This document shows, piece after piece, positions 8,064 to 16,354 of a stretch of 20,736 bases of DNA. Position 1 is the first letter of the stretch. Each line of letters begins with the position of its first letter. The stretch covers positions 1 to 20,736 of the forward strand of contig JAPDJI010000016.1 in NCBI GenBank assembly GCA_029259155.1, read 5' to 3'. The notes beneath the pieces were generated by a model. The model ran no database searches, was not told where the DNA came from, and saw nothing but the letters and a program-made list of their open reading frames with translations. The stretch is from Candidatus Methanomethylicia archaeon (lineage in GTDB: Archaea; Thermoproteota; Methanomethylicia; Nezhaarchaeales; B40-G2). The position numbers and the translations under genes are program-made.

Positions 8064-9206
8064 ATGGTGAACTTCGAGCTTAGCAGGGAGCAGAGGGAGG
8101 TTAAGGAGGCTGCTCGCGAGTTCGCGGAGAAGGAGTTCATCCCCGAGCTGGCTAAGGAGTGTGATGTGAAGGAAGAGTTTCCCTGGGAGCTCTACAGGAA
8201 GGCGGCTCAGCTAGGCTTCCTTCAGCCACACTTCGCCGAGGAGCATGGTGGACAGGGGCTCAGCTACCTTGAAAACCTACTCATAGTTGAGGAGTTTTGT
8301 CGCGCCGACTCGACGTTAGGCATAGCCATAACGGTGGGTACCTTCGGCAGCGACCTTATACACCTCTTCGGCAGCGAGGAGCAGAAGCAAAAGTACCTAC
8401 CTATCGTGGCTAGGGGTGAAGCGGTTTCTTCAGGGGCGTTCACGGAGCCTGGACATGGAAGCGATATAACCTTGCTGGACACCACCGCGGTGAAGGAAGG
8501 GGACTTCTACGTCATCAACGGGACGAAGACCCTCATCTCCAACGCCCCCATCGCTAGCTTCACCGTCGTGCTCTGCCAAACCATCCCAGGCCTTAAACAT
8601 AAAGGTCAAACCCTCTTCATAGTGGAGCGCGGAGCGGAAGGCTTCGAAGCCACTAAAATCACAGGTAAACTTGGTATTAGGGCGTCGTTGCTGGGAGAAT
8701 ACTCGTTCAGTAACGTTAAGGTGCACCGGTCAGCTGTGGTAGGCGAGGAGAACAGAGGCTTCTACCACACGCTTCAATTCCTCGACTATGGGAGGCTTCA
8801 CACGGCAGCGCAGGCTGTAGGCTGTGCTCAAGGAGCTTTAGATAGAGCGGTCAGGTACGCGAAGGAGCGTAGACAGTTCGGTATGAGGCTAGCGGACATG
8901 CAGGTGATAAGGCATAAAGTAGCCGATATGGCTACCAAGATAGAGGCTGCGAGGCTCCTAGTCTACAGGGCGGCGGCGAAGCTGGATGAGGGCAAGATCA
9001 TCCCTGAGCTTACCTCCATGGCTAAGTCCTTCGCCGCTAAGGTAGGCATCGAGGTGGTGAACGAGGCTCTACAGATCTTCGGTGGCTACGGCTACCTCGC
9101 GGAATACGATATCGAACGCTTCTACCGTGATGTGAGGATCACCGCTATCTACGAAGGCACCACAGAGATCCAGAAGAACGTCATAGCTAGGGCCATCCTA
9201 GGCTGA
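8064..9206 (+). CDS. Acyl-CoA dehydrogenase
   Basis: FTEPGHGSD, INGTKTLISN, RRQFG, QIFGGYGY and IYEGTTEIQK (catalytic Glu). ATG 8064 follows SD-like GGGTGG; GTG 8049 is an alternative start. Confidence 0.95.
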   Translation: MVNFELSREQREVKEAAREFAEKEFIPELAKECDVKEEFPWELYRKAAQLGFLQPHFAEEHGGQGLSYLENLLIVEEFCRADSTLGIAITVGTFGSDLIHLFGSEEQKQKYLPIVARGEAVSSGAFTEPGHGSDITLLDTTAVKEGDFYVINGTKTLISNAPIASFTVVLCQTIPGLKHKGQTLFIVERGAEGFEATKITGKLGIRASLLGEYSFSNVKVHRSAVVGEENRGFYHTLQFLDYGRLHTAAQAVGCAQGALDRAVRYAKERRQFGMRLADMQVIRHKVADMATKIEAARLLVYRAAAKLDEGKIIPELTSMAKSFAAKVGIEVVNEALQIFGGYGYLAEYDIERFYRDVRITAIYEGTTEIQKNVIARAILG

Positions 9207-9280
9207 CCTGTACAAAGACCTCGAACAGGGCGTTTCAAAGCATAGCGCTATTACTTGGCCACTTAGCTTAGCAAGGAACG

Positions 9281-11011
9281 ATGACTAAGCTGAAGCTTAA
9301 GGTAGCAGTACTCCTCGTCTTGGTCCTAGCGTCTCCAGTACTCTTCATCCTTCCTCACAGCGGCTCTGCATCAAAATCTCCCTTAGAGGTCAAGAGCTTC
9401 AAAAGCTATAAAGAGCTAGTGGACTACCTCAACTCGACCAAGGTTAGGTTCAAAGCGCCCGTCGCTGGCATATACTTCTACATCCAAGCAATGGGCCTTG
9501 AAGCCGGCCCGCCGGATCGAAACGTGGCCTTCTCGACCACCAACGTACAGGTCCCAGGCGTTGATGAGGCCGACCTAGTCAAGACTGATGGAAGCTGCCT
9601 CTACGTAGCCTCCCAAGGACACGTCTATATAGTTAAGGCTTACCCACCTGAAGAAGCCGCGGTCATAGCTGAGGTTGAAGTGAACTCTAGTATCTATGGA
9701 CTCTTCCTCTTGGAAGATAGGTTGATAGTGGTGACTGAGACTTGGCCTATCTACATCTTCGAAGGAGGGATGGGCGGCGCGATACCTATCTTCCCCTACT
9801 ACGTCAACACTACCATCTGGATCTACAGCATATCCAACCCTGAGCAGCCTGTCCTCCTAAGGAGCATAGAGGTTACTGGGCGCTGCGATGCCTTGAGGCT
9901 GAAGGACCACTACATATATGCCGTGATCAGCTACCCAGCCTACACCGACCCAGTCCTGCTACCTCTCGTGGATGGTGTACCAGTTGAGGCTATGGAGGTC
10001 AAGTACTTTGAAGAAGACGACAGCTACGTTTACACCATAATACTTGCGGTGGACGTGGAGACCTGCGAGTATACGAGAGAGGTCTTCTTAATTGGCAGGA
10101 ACAGCTATGTCTACGTTTCCCTGGATAACCTCTACCTGCTATGCGTAAAGCGGATACTTAGGCCGCTGGAGACGAGAGTGCTCGAGGAATACCTAGCTCC
10201 TATTACCTATAGCCGCGAAAAGACCGTCATCTATAGGTTTAGCTTAAACGGCCTTGAAGTATCGGTAGCTGCTAGGGGGGAGGTTAGCGGCGTCGTACTC
10301 GACCAGTTCTCCATGGATGAACATGGCGGCTACTTCAGGGTAGCTACCACGGAGCACCGCTGGTCCGCGCTAAACGCTGATGAGCGCGTGAACAACGTTT
10401 ACGTCTTAGACATGGACCTTAACGTAGTGGGCAGCCTCGAAGGCTTAGCGCCTACCGAGAGCGTTTATGCAGCTAGGTACCTGGGAGATCTATTATTCCT
10501 CGTTACGTTCAGGGTGGTGGACCCTCTCTTCGCCATCGACCTCTCTGACTCCTCTCGGCCAAGGGTACTAGGCTTCCTAGAGCTTCCAGGCTACTCGGAG
10601 TATCTTCATCCTTTAGGTGAAGGCTGGTTAATGGGTGTGGGCATGGATGCCGATGTGAACGGTAGGGTCGATGGAGTGAAGGTAGCTCTATTCAACGTAT
10701 CCGATCCTTCCAGCATAGAGGAGGCCTGTTCAATTAAGTTTAACGCCACGCGGTCTCCTATCTTCGGTGACCATAAAGCTTTCACGTTTAACCCCTACCT
10801 GAGCTACGTGGCCATCCCTACGCGGGGCGTAGATGACGGTGTATACGTGGTTCAGGTGGAAGAAGGGTCCCTGTTGCTTAGAGGCTTCATAAACCATGAA
10901 GGGGCTCTACGCACCCTATACATTGACGGGTACATCTACACTGTGTCATCCACGATGGTAAAGATCGTAGACTTAAACCTCCAGCCGGTGGGCCAAGTGA
11001 TGTTAAGCTAA
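9281..11011 (+). CDS. Secreted/membrane-anchored beta-propeller domain protein (Beta_propel/COG4880-like)
   Basis: N-terminal signal/TM; FSTTNVQVPGVDEADLVKTDG, DQFSMDEHGGYFRVATT, VTFRVVDPLFAIDLS and LELPGYSEYLHP are characteristic of this family. Confidence 0.88.
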   Translation: MTKLKLKVAVLLVLVLASPVLFILPHSGSASKSPLEVKSFKSYKELVDYLNSTKVRFKAPVAGIYFYIQAMGLEAGPPDRNVAFSTTNVQVPGVDEADLVKTDGSCLYVASQGHVYIVKAYPPEEAAVIAEVEVNSSIYGLFLLEDRLIVVTETWPIYIFEGGMGGAIPIFPYYVNTTIWIYSISNPEQPVLLRSIEVTGRCDALRLKDHYIYAVISYPAYTDPVLLPLVDGVPVEAMEVKYFEEDDSYVYTIILAVDVETCEYTREVFLIGRNSYVYVSLDNLYLLCVKRILRPLETRVLEEYLAPITYSREKTVIYRFSLNGLEVSVAARGEVSGVVLDQFSMDEHGGYFRVATTEHRWSALNADERVNNVYVLDMDLNVVGSLEGLAPTESVYAARYLGDLLFLVTFRVVDPLFAIDLSDSSRPRVLGFLELPGYSEYLHPLGEGWLMGVGMDADVNGRVDGVKVALFNVSDPSSIEEACSIKFNATRSPIFGDHKAFTFNPYLSYVAIPTRGVDDGVYVVQVEEGSLLLRGFINHEGALRTLYIDGYIYTVSSTMVKIVDLNLQPVGQVMLS

Positions 11012-11781
11012 CCTTCCTTCTTCCTTCTTTTCTCCAAGAAGGCTCTTATGCCTTGGTGAGGCGTCTGAGTAGCGAAGTTTAAGGCGAAGCATTCAAGCTC
11101 CAAGCTTAGCCCCTGGGAGAGGAGGGCTTCGATAGGCTGGTTGACCACGTCCTTGATTAGCTTGAGCACGGAGGGATCCAAGCGGCTTAGCTCATCCACC
11201 AATCCATCAACAGCTTCCTTAAGCTTCTCTGGGGGGACCACCATGTTGATGAGCCCAAGCTTCTCAGCCTCCTCGGCGCTCAGCAATCTGCCTGTCATGA
11301 GAAGCTCCTTGGCCTTCTTGACCCCTATAAGTAGGGGCAGCCTTTGAGTAGCTCCTAGCCCAGGCATCATACCGAGCTTCACCTCAGGCTGCCCCAGCCT
11401 AGCACTGCTAGATGCCACCGCTAGGTCGCAGGCGAGTACTAGTTCACAGCCAGTGCCTAGCGCTAAACCGTTCACCGCGGCGACTACTGGTTTGCCGAGC
11501 TTCAAGACGGCTTGGATGGTCTTCCTAGACTCCTCAACGTGTCTCCTAACCTCCATCGGTTTAGCTTCGAGGAAATCCTTGACATCAGCGCCTGCGCAGA
11601 AAGCCTTCTCGCCTATGCCTGTCAGTACGACGACCTTGACCTCAGGGTCGGCCTCAGCTCGGTTTAAGGCCTCCCTCAGCTTACGGTGAGCTTCAGCGTC
11701 CAGCGCGTTGAGGGCTTCAGGCCTATTAATGGTGATCCAGGCCGCTGCCCCCTGCTTCTCGTAGATCACAGGTGGATGCAT
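11008..11781 (-). CDS. Enoyl-CoA hydratase/isomerase (crotonase)
   Basis: INRPEALNAL, AFCAGAD, AAVNGLALGTGCEL and GQPEVKLGMMPG; both catalytic Glu residues present. Confidence 0.95.
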   Translation of the reverse strand: MHPPVIYEKQGAAAWITINRPEALNALDAEAHRKLREALNRAEADPEVKVVVLTGIGEKAFCAGADVKDFLEAKPMEVRRHVEESRKTIQAVLKLGKPVVAAVNGLALGTGCELVLACDLAVASSSARLGQPEVKLGMMPGLGATQRLPLLIGVKKAKELLMTGRLLSAEEAEKLGLINMVVPPEKLKEAVDGLVDELSRLDPSVLKLIKDVVNQPIEALLSQGLSLELECFALNFATQTPHQGIRAFLEKRRKKEG

Positions 11782-11808
11782 GGTGAGCTACTATACACGG
11801 AGGAGGGC

Positions 11809-13749
11809 TTAACGCTTCCTCCTCTTAAAACCTCGACGCCGCCTCCACCGCGCCTTCTCCTCTGCGAGCTTCAGGCTTTGAGCTATGGTAGGCAGCAGCG
11901 CCTTTGCTATCTCAGTTTCCTTAAGCTTCACCTCGTCGTAACACGCTAAGAAAACCTTCTTGGCGTACTCGACCACCTCCTCTCTGCTTCTATGCCCCGC
12001 TGCTACGTCGGCTATCTGGCTCTCGATGAAGCCTCTAACCTCCGGCTTGACGAGCTCCGGCTTGACTTCAAGCAGGGATTTAATGAGGGCTATACCCAGA
12101 GGTGTAGGTATACAGCGTTTACTTTCTATGTAGAAATAGCCTCTATCAAGGTTTGTCTGGATGTGCTGGGAGGCGGTTGCGTCGGTGCCTATGTGGAGCT
12201 TCTCCATGGTTTTAAGCAGCTCAGCCTCGGATAGGAAGGGTGGAGGCTCGGTCTCCCCCTCCTTGACCTCGACCTTCACCACCTCTACGAGGTCGCCTAC
12301 GCCAAGCTTTGGTAAAGGCTCCTCGGAAGGTTTTTCGTAGGGGTAAACCTTCAGGTAGCCTAGCTCCTCTACCCTAAGCCCTAGAGCGTTGAAGCGTTCA
12401 CCATTCACCTCTATGACCGCCTTCTGCCTCATGAGCCTGGCGGGTGGGCTTAAGGTGGCTAGGAAATGCCTCACGATAAGGTCGTAGAGCCTCCAGGCAT
12501 TGAAGCCCAGCTGGTTTATCATCTCACCTTTCCAGGCGGGCTTGATGGGATGTATGGGTGGATGTGCCTTATCGTCCTTGGAGCCCCTCGTAGGCTTTAA
12601 GGGTGCTTTAAGCAGCTCCGTGGCTGCCTCCCCATATAGGGGGTGGCGCGTGAAGCTGGAGAGGATGGCTTTGAGGTCTATCATGGGGCTGTAGATCTCC
12701 GTCTCGGTCCTAGGATAGCTTATGTAGCCTCTACGGTAAAGCTCCTCGGCGAGGTCTAAGGCTATCTTCGGGCGGAGGTTTAGGAAACGGCTAGCTCGGC
12801 TTTCAAGCTCCACGGTGTTAAGTGGGGTGGGAGGTTGCCTAAGCGATGGATGCTCCGTGAACTCATTTACCTCCCCTACGTCTACGCCTTTAACCCTCTC
12901 TAGGACAGCTTGACCCTCTCCGCTTTCCTTAAACCTGCCCTTAACGTGTTCTGCTCGGATGAGCTGATCGTCAACCTTAAACGTGGCTAAGACACGCCAA
13001 AACTTCTCAGGCCTAAACGCTTCTCGCTCTAGGGCTCGCTGTACAACTAAGTAGAGCACTGGGCTTTGGCAGGGACCATAGCTTAGGAAACGGCCTAGCG
13101 GGAGGCTTCGCGGCGCTAAACGTTGAACGCTGAGCGTTAAGAGCCTGGTGAAGGCTGCACCTATTGTCAGGTCGACCTCCATCCTGGCGAAGCACTTATT
13201 CGCTAGGTTAGGGTTTGGGATCCCTGCCTTCTCGACGGCTCTACGCAGCTCCTCAGGGTTTAGCGTGGAGAACCATGGGCGCTTAAACTCGGCGTAGGGG
13301 TTTACGCTGGAGACCACCGACATGGCTTCGAACGCTATGCTTTCACCTTCAGGATCTCCGTCCAGAGCTAAGTATACTACTTCAGCCCCTCTACCCAGCT
13401 CTCGTAGGACCTCTATGTATGGCCATGAGCTCTTCTCAGCCACTTTGATGGGCTTAGCGAAGAAAAGGTCTCTTGGATCGACGCTCTTCCACGACTTATT
13501 GAGCCTCTCCTCGAAGTCGAAGTTGAAGAGGTGGCCTCTTAACCCTATCGAGGCCCATCGTTTACCGTCCCTCTCGAACATATATACCTTGACCAGCCCT
13601 CTGCCATGTATCCGGTAACGGCCTACAGCTAGGGCCTCAGCGAAGGCTTTGGCTACCGAGTCTTTCTCTGCCACCACCAATACGTCGGGCTTAAGCTCCC
13701 AGCACCCAGCTGCCTTCGTTGAGAACGTGTAGCTCCTAGCTGTAGGCAC
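11809..13749 (-). CDS. topA: Type IA DNA topoisomerase (archaeal TopA/TopoIII)
   Basis: TOPRIM VVAEK and DGDPEGE, SYGPCQSP, catalytic ISYPRTE, AHPPIHP, IGTDAT; basic C-terminal tail. Confidence 0.95.
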   Translation of the reverse strand: MPTARSYTFSTKAAGCWELKPDVLVVAEKDSVAKAFAEALAVGRYRIHGRGLVKVYMFERDGKRWASIGLRGHLFNFDFEERLNKSWKSVDPRDLFFAKPIKVAEKSSWPYIEVLRELGRGAEVVYLALDGDPEGESIAFEAMSVVSSVNPYAEFKRPWFSTLNPEELRRAVEKAGIPNPNLANKCFARMEVDLTIGAAFTRLLTLSVQRLAPRSLPLGRFLSYGPCQSPVLYLVVQRALEREAFRPEKFWRVLATFKVDDQLIRAEHVKGRFKESGEGQAVLERVKGVDVGEVNEFTEHPSLRQPPTPLNTVELESRASRFLNLRPKIALDLAEELYRRGYISYPRTETEIYSPMIDLKAILSSFTRHPLYGEAATELLKAPLKPTRGSKDDKAHPPIHPIKPAWKGEMINQLGFNAWRLYDLIVRHFLATLSPPARLMRQKAVIEVNGERFNALGLRVEELGYLKVYPYEKPSEEPLPKLGVGDLVEVVKVEVKEGETEPPPFLSEAELLKTMEKLHIGTDATASQHIQTNLDRGYFYIESKRCIPTPLGIALIKSLLEVKPELVKPEVRGFIESQIADVAAGHRSREEVVEYAKKVFLACYDEVKLKETEIAKALLPTIAQSLKLAEEKARWRRRRGFKRRKR

Positions 13750-13914
13750 CTTTACCCTACCCCATGGCTTGGGCCGTCTACGTTAATTAAGTTTTCCACG
13801 TCATCCATCCAAGGACAGCTCTCTCGACACCAGCTCAGGCAGCGACTTTTTCAAACCTCTCGTAAGCTGGGGAAAGCTTAACTTGAGGCTCCGCCTCCAA
13901 GGTTCCAGAGGGCT

Positions 13915-14736
13915 TTGACGAAGATAGCTCTAAGCTTGCTAGGCTCCGTGGATCCTTCATGGGCTTCGTGGGCTCAAAGCCTCCTAGAGAAGCTCTACTT
14001 AAAGGTGGAGAAGCATCCTCTATTAGTATACCTGGTTATAGCTCACAGCAAGCTCCTGTTTAAATCCTACTTGATGACAACCCACCTGGAGACAGGTGTA
14101 GCCTCCGCTCCAGCCTTCGAGGAGTTTGAAGCCTCCCACGACGCCTTTCTAGGTGCTCCACGCATAGTCCTATGTGAGGAATCGCTCAGGAACCTGCCTA
14201 GACATGTGCAGGCTGGCGTAATCCTTCATGAAGGCGCCCACTCCGTGCTTCACGGCGAGTTAAGGTCGTATACCTTAACTCCTCCTCCACTGCTCAGGGA
14301 TGTTGAAGCCAAGCTACAGGCACCTCAAGGCTATTCGGTCAACCTCCTCTACCTGTTCTCCACCGCGGTGAAGGATTACGAAGCCACTGAGCTGCTCTTA
14401 GAGCTGGGCTTCAGGGAGGAGGCTAAGGACTACGTGATCTACGCCCTGGAACCTAGCCCTAGGCTGGTCGAGGACTGGAAGCTAGCCTCAGCCGCTGGGA
14501 TCTTCCTCAGACTGGTGCATCTAGCTGAGCTGCTTAAGCCCCTATGCTGCGCTTCTCCTTTAATGGAAGACGGCGAGGTGAAGACGCGAGCCCTATCCAT
14601 GACCTCCCACCTGCCAACGGCCTACGCAGATGGTTTAGTGGACATAGCTGCTTCACCGGCTTGGAGGAGCAGGGCGACGCTTCAAGAAAAGCTGGAAGGG
14701 TTAGCTGAGGTGTTCCTCGAGCGCTTCACGGCCTAG
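13915..14736 (+). CDS. Hypothetical protein with a HExxH zincin-like motif
   Basis: GVILHEGAHSVLHG with downstream acidic KDYE; 273-aa ORF filling the gap between topA and the regulator. Confidence 0.65.
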   Translation: MTKIALSLLGSVDPSWASWAQSLLEKLYLKVEKHPLLVYLVIAHSKLLFKSYLMTTHLETGVASAPAFEEFEASHDAFLGAPRIVLCEESLRNLPRHVQAGVILHEGAHSVLHGELRSYTLTPPPLLRDVEAKLQAPQGYSVNLLYLFSTAVKDYEATELLLELGFREEAKDYVIYALEPSPRLVEDWKLASAAGIFLRLVHLAELLKPLCCASPLMEDGEVKTRALSMTSHLPTAYADGLVDIAASPAWRSRATLQEKLEGLAEVFLERFTA

Positions 14737-14817
14737 CCCTCTACTCTAGGAAAGGTTGAGGTGGATCTGGCAGCCTCCTTTAGATACGCCTCTGGGAAAC
14801 GTGGAGGAGAAGGCTTA

Positions 14818-14857
14818 AATATTACTTTCCAAGTAAATTTACTTAGAAAGTAATATT
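14818..14857. promoter_or_regulatory. 40-bp near-perfect palindromic operator (two tandem TTACTT-N3-AAGTAA boxes) overlapping the TATA box and start-site region
   Basis: aatattactttccaagtaaa|tttacttagaaagtaatatt, with 19 of 20 pairs complementary; boxes at 14822-14836 and 14839-14853; TTAAATAT at 14815-14822. Confidence 0.8.
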
Positions 14858-14860
14858 CAC

Positions 14861-15271
14861 GTGGTGAGGATGGCCTTAAAGCTCCTCCTCGTGGATGACG
14901 GCGAAGTGTTGTGTGAGGTTCCATTAAGCTTAGACGCCTCTATGGAGCGTGAGCTCCAAGAATTGATGGAGGAAGGACTGAGCCTCCTCAACGCTCTAGC
15001 CTCCTCGTTCAGCCACGCTAGGCGTCTACAAATACTGGCTGAGTTCTTGAAGGGCGGCTTCGATGAACTAGAGTTTTCAGAGCTTACCTCAAGGCTTGGC
15101 TTAAACCCTAAGCAGATATGGGAGCACGTAAAGGCCTTGGAGAGGTCGGGGGTCATAGAACGTAGAGGATGGGGGCGATACGCGGTATCTAGGCTTGGAG
15201 CCACCGCGGTGTTGATGGTTGGGCTAAGCCTCCACCGCATGTTAAGGGTCTTGGAGGGGAGGTTTCCGTGA
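14861..15271 (+). CDS. ArsR-like winged-HTH transcriptional regulator (probable heat-shock regulator)
   Basis: FSHARRLQILAEF...FSELTSRLGLNPKQIWEHVKALERSGVIERRGWGRYAVS wHTH pattern; stop overlaps the hsp20 start (GTGA). Alternative start ATG 14870. Confidence 0.82.
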   Translation: MVRMALKLLLVDDGEVLCEVPLSLDASMERELQELMEEGLSLLNALASSFSHARRLQILAEFLKGGFDELEFSELTSRLGLNPKQIWEHVKALERSGVIERRGWGRYAVSRLGATAVLMVGLSLHRMLRVLEGRFP

Positions 15272-15648
15272 GCTTCAGCCCTACGCCCCTAGACATGGAG
15301 GCTCTCCTCCGTGAAATGATCAAGAGAGCGTTGGAGCTTCGCAGTCCACCAACGCTGCCCTTCAGGCCTCAGCCCATCGTGATCGAGGAAGCTCTCGATG
15401 AACCCTTAATAGACGTTTTCGAGGGGGAAGACGAGGTGAAGGTGTATGTGGAGCTTAAAGGCGTAAAGCCTGAGAAGCTCAGGTTGAACCTGGTCGACGG
15501 GTCGTTGGAGGTTAAGGCCGAAGGCTTCCACGATGTCATACAGCTACCTAGAGGGCTAGACGTGGAGGCAGCTTCGTCTAGGCTAAACAACGGTGTGCTC
15601 GAGGTCAAGGTACCGAAGCTTAGGGGAGGTGAACGCCATAGATTATAG
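15268..15648 (+). CDS. hsp20: Small heat shock protein, Hsp20/alpha-crystallin family
   Basis: EPLIDVFE...VYVELKGV...LP..LDVEAASSRLNNGVLEVKVPK alpha-crystallin signature; SD GGAGGT upstream. Confidence 0.92.
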   Translation: MSFSPTPLDMEALLREMIKRALELRSPPTLPFRPQPIVIEEALDEPLIDVFEGEDEVKVYVELKGVKPEKLRLNLVDGSLEVKAEGFHDVIQLPRGLDVEAASSRLNNGVLEVKVPKLRGGERHRL

Positions 15649-16324
15649 CTGCTACGTGGAGCTCGTAGGTACCGCCCACTTCACAAAGCGCAGCATAAAG
15701 GAAGCGATGTCTAAGATTATGGTTGAGAAGCCTAGCGATGTTGCGTTAGAGCTAGACTTGGAGCGCTTCAGGGAGCTTAATTCATGTTCAGCCTGCCCTA
15801 AACGCTTCACCTGTAACCGCAGTACGTGCGAGTTTACTGCTGCCTCAGATGCGCTGGGCAACATGGATGCCAACCTCTGGCTTATAGACATGGATAGGCA
15901 GGAAATAAAACATAGGCTAGCCCAGTTCTTCACGCCTGCCGAGGCAGCTAACTTGTCTTTGCTGAGAGGAGATCCAAGGGAAGGGGAACGCATGGTAGAG
16001 CTCTGGGAGCTTGGGTACAAGGACCTAGCTATGGAGGTGAGCGAACGTCAATGGCAGCTGATTAAACGCTACCTCCCTTCGTTCTACAGAGTGATATTGT
16101 TGGAGCGAGACGCGTTAATGGCAGCTAGACTAGTCTGGATAGTGGATAGGAAGCTTGAACGCTCCGAGCAACCTAAAATACTTGCTTTCGTGGGGGCCAG
16201 CCACATTGAAGGCATACGATACTACTTATCTAACCCGCAGGTTATCGCTCCTGCGCTTAGAAGATTTAATTTACCTTTCACCCCGCCCACGCTTGTCAGG
16301 AGGGTTAAGGTGGCAGCAAGGTAG
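15629..16324 (+). CDS. TraB/PrgY/GumN (Tiki-like) family protein, soluble, with a Cys-rich insert
   Basis: LVGTAH...KPSDVALELDLERF, LIDMD, LERDALMA and FVGASHIEGI motifs. Start uncertain (GTG 15629, possibly ATA 15638; ORF open from 15593). Confidence 0.82.
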   Translation: MNAIDYSCYVELVGTAHFTKRSIKEAMSKIMVEKPSDVALELDLERFRELNSCSACPKRFTCNRSTCEFTAASDALGNMDANLWLIDMDRQEIKHRLAQFFTPAEAANLSLLRGDPREGERMVELWELGYKDLAMEVSERQWQLIKRYLPSFYRVILLERDALMAARLVWIVDRKLERSEQPKILAFVGASHIEGIRYYLSNPQVIAPALRRFNLPFTPPTLVRRVKVAAR

Positions 16325-16354
16325 CGCTGGCGAAGTAAGCGGTACGAGGCATGG

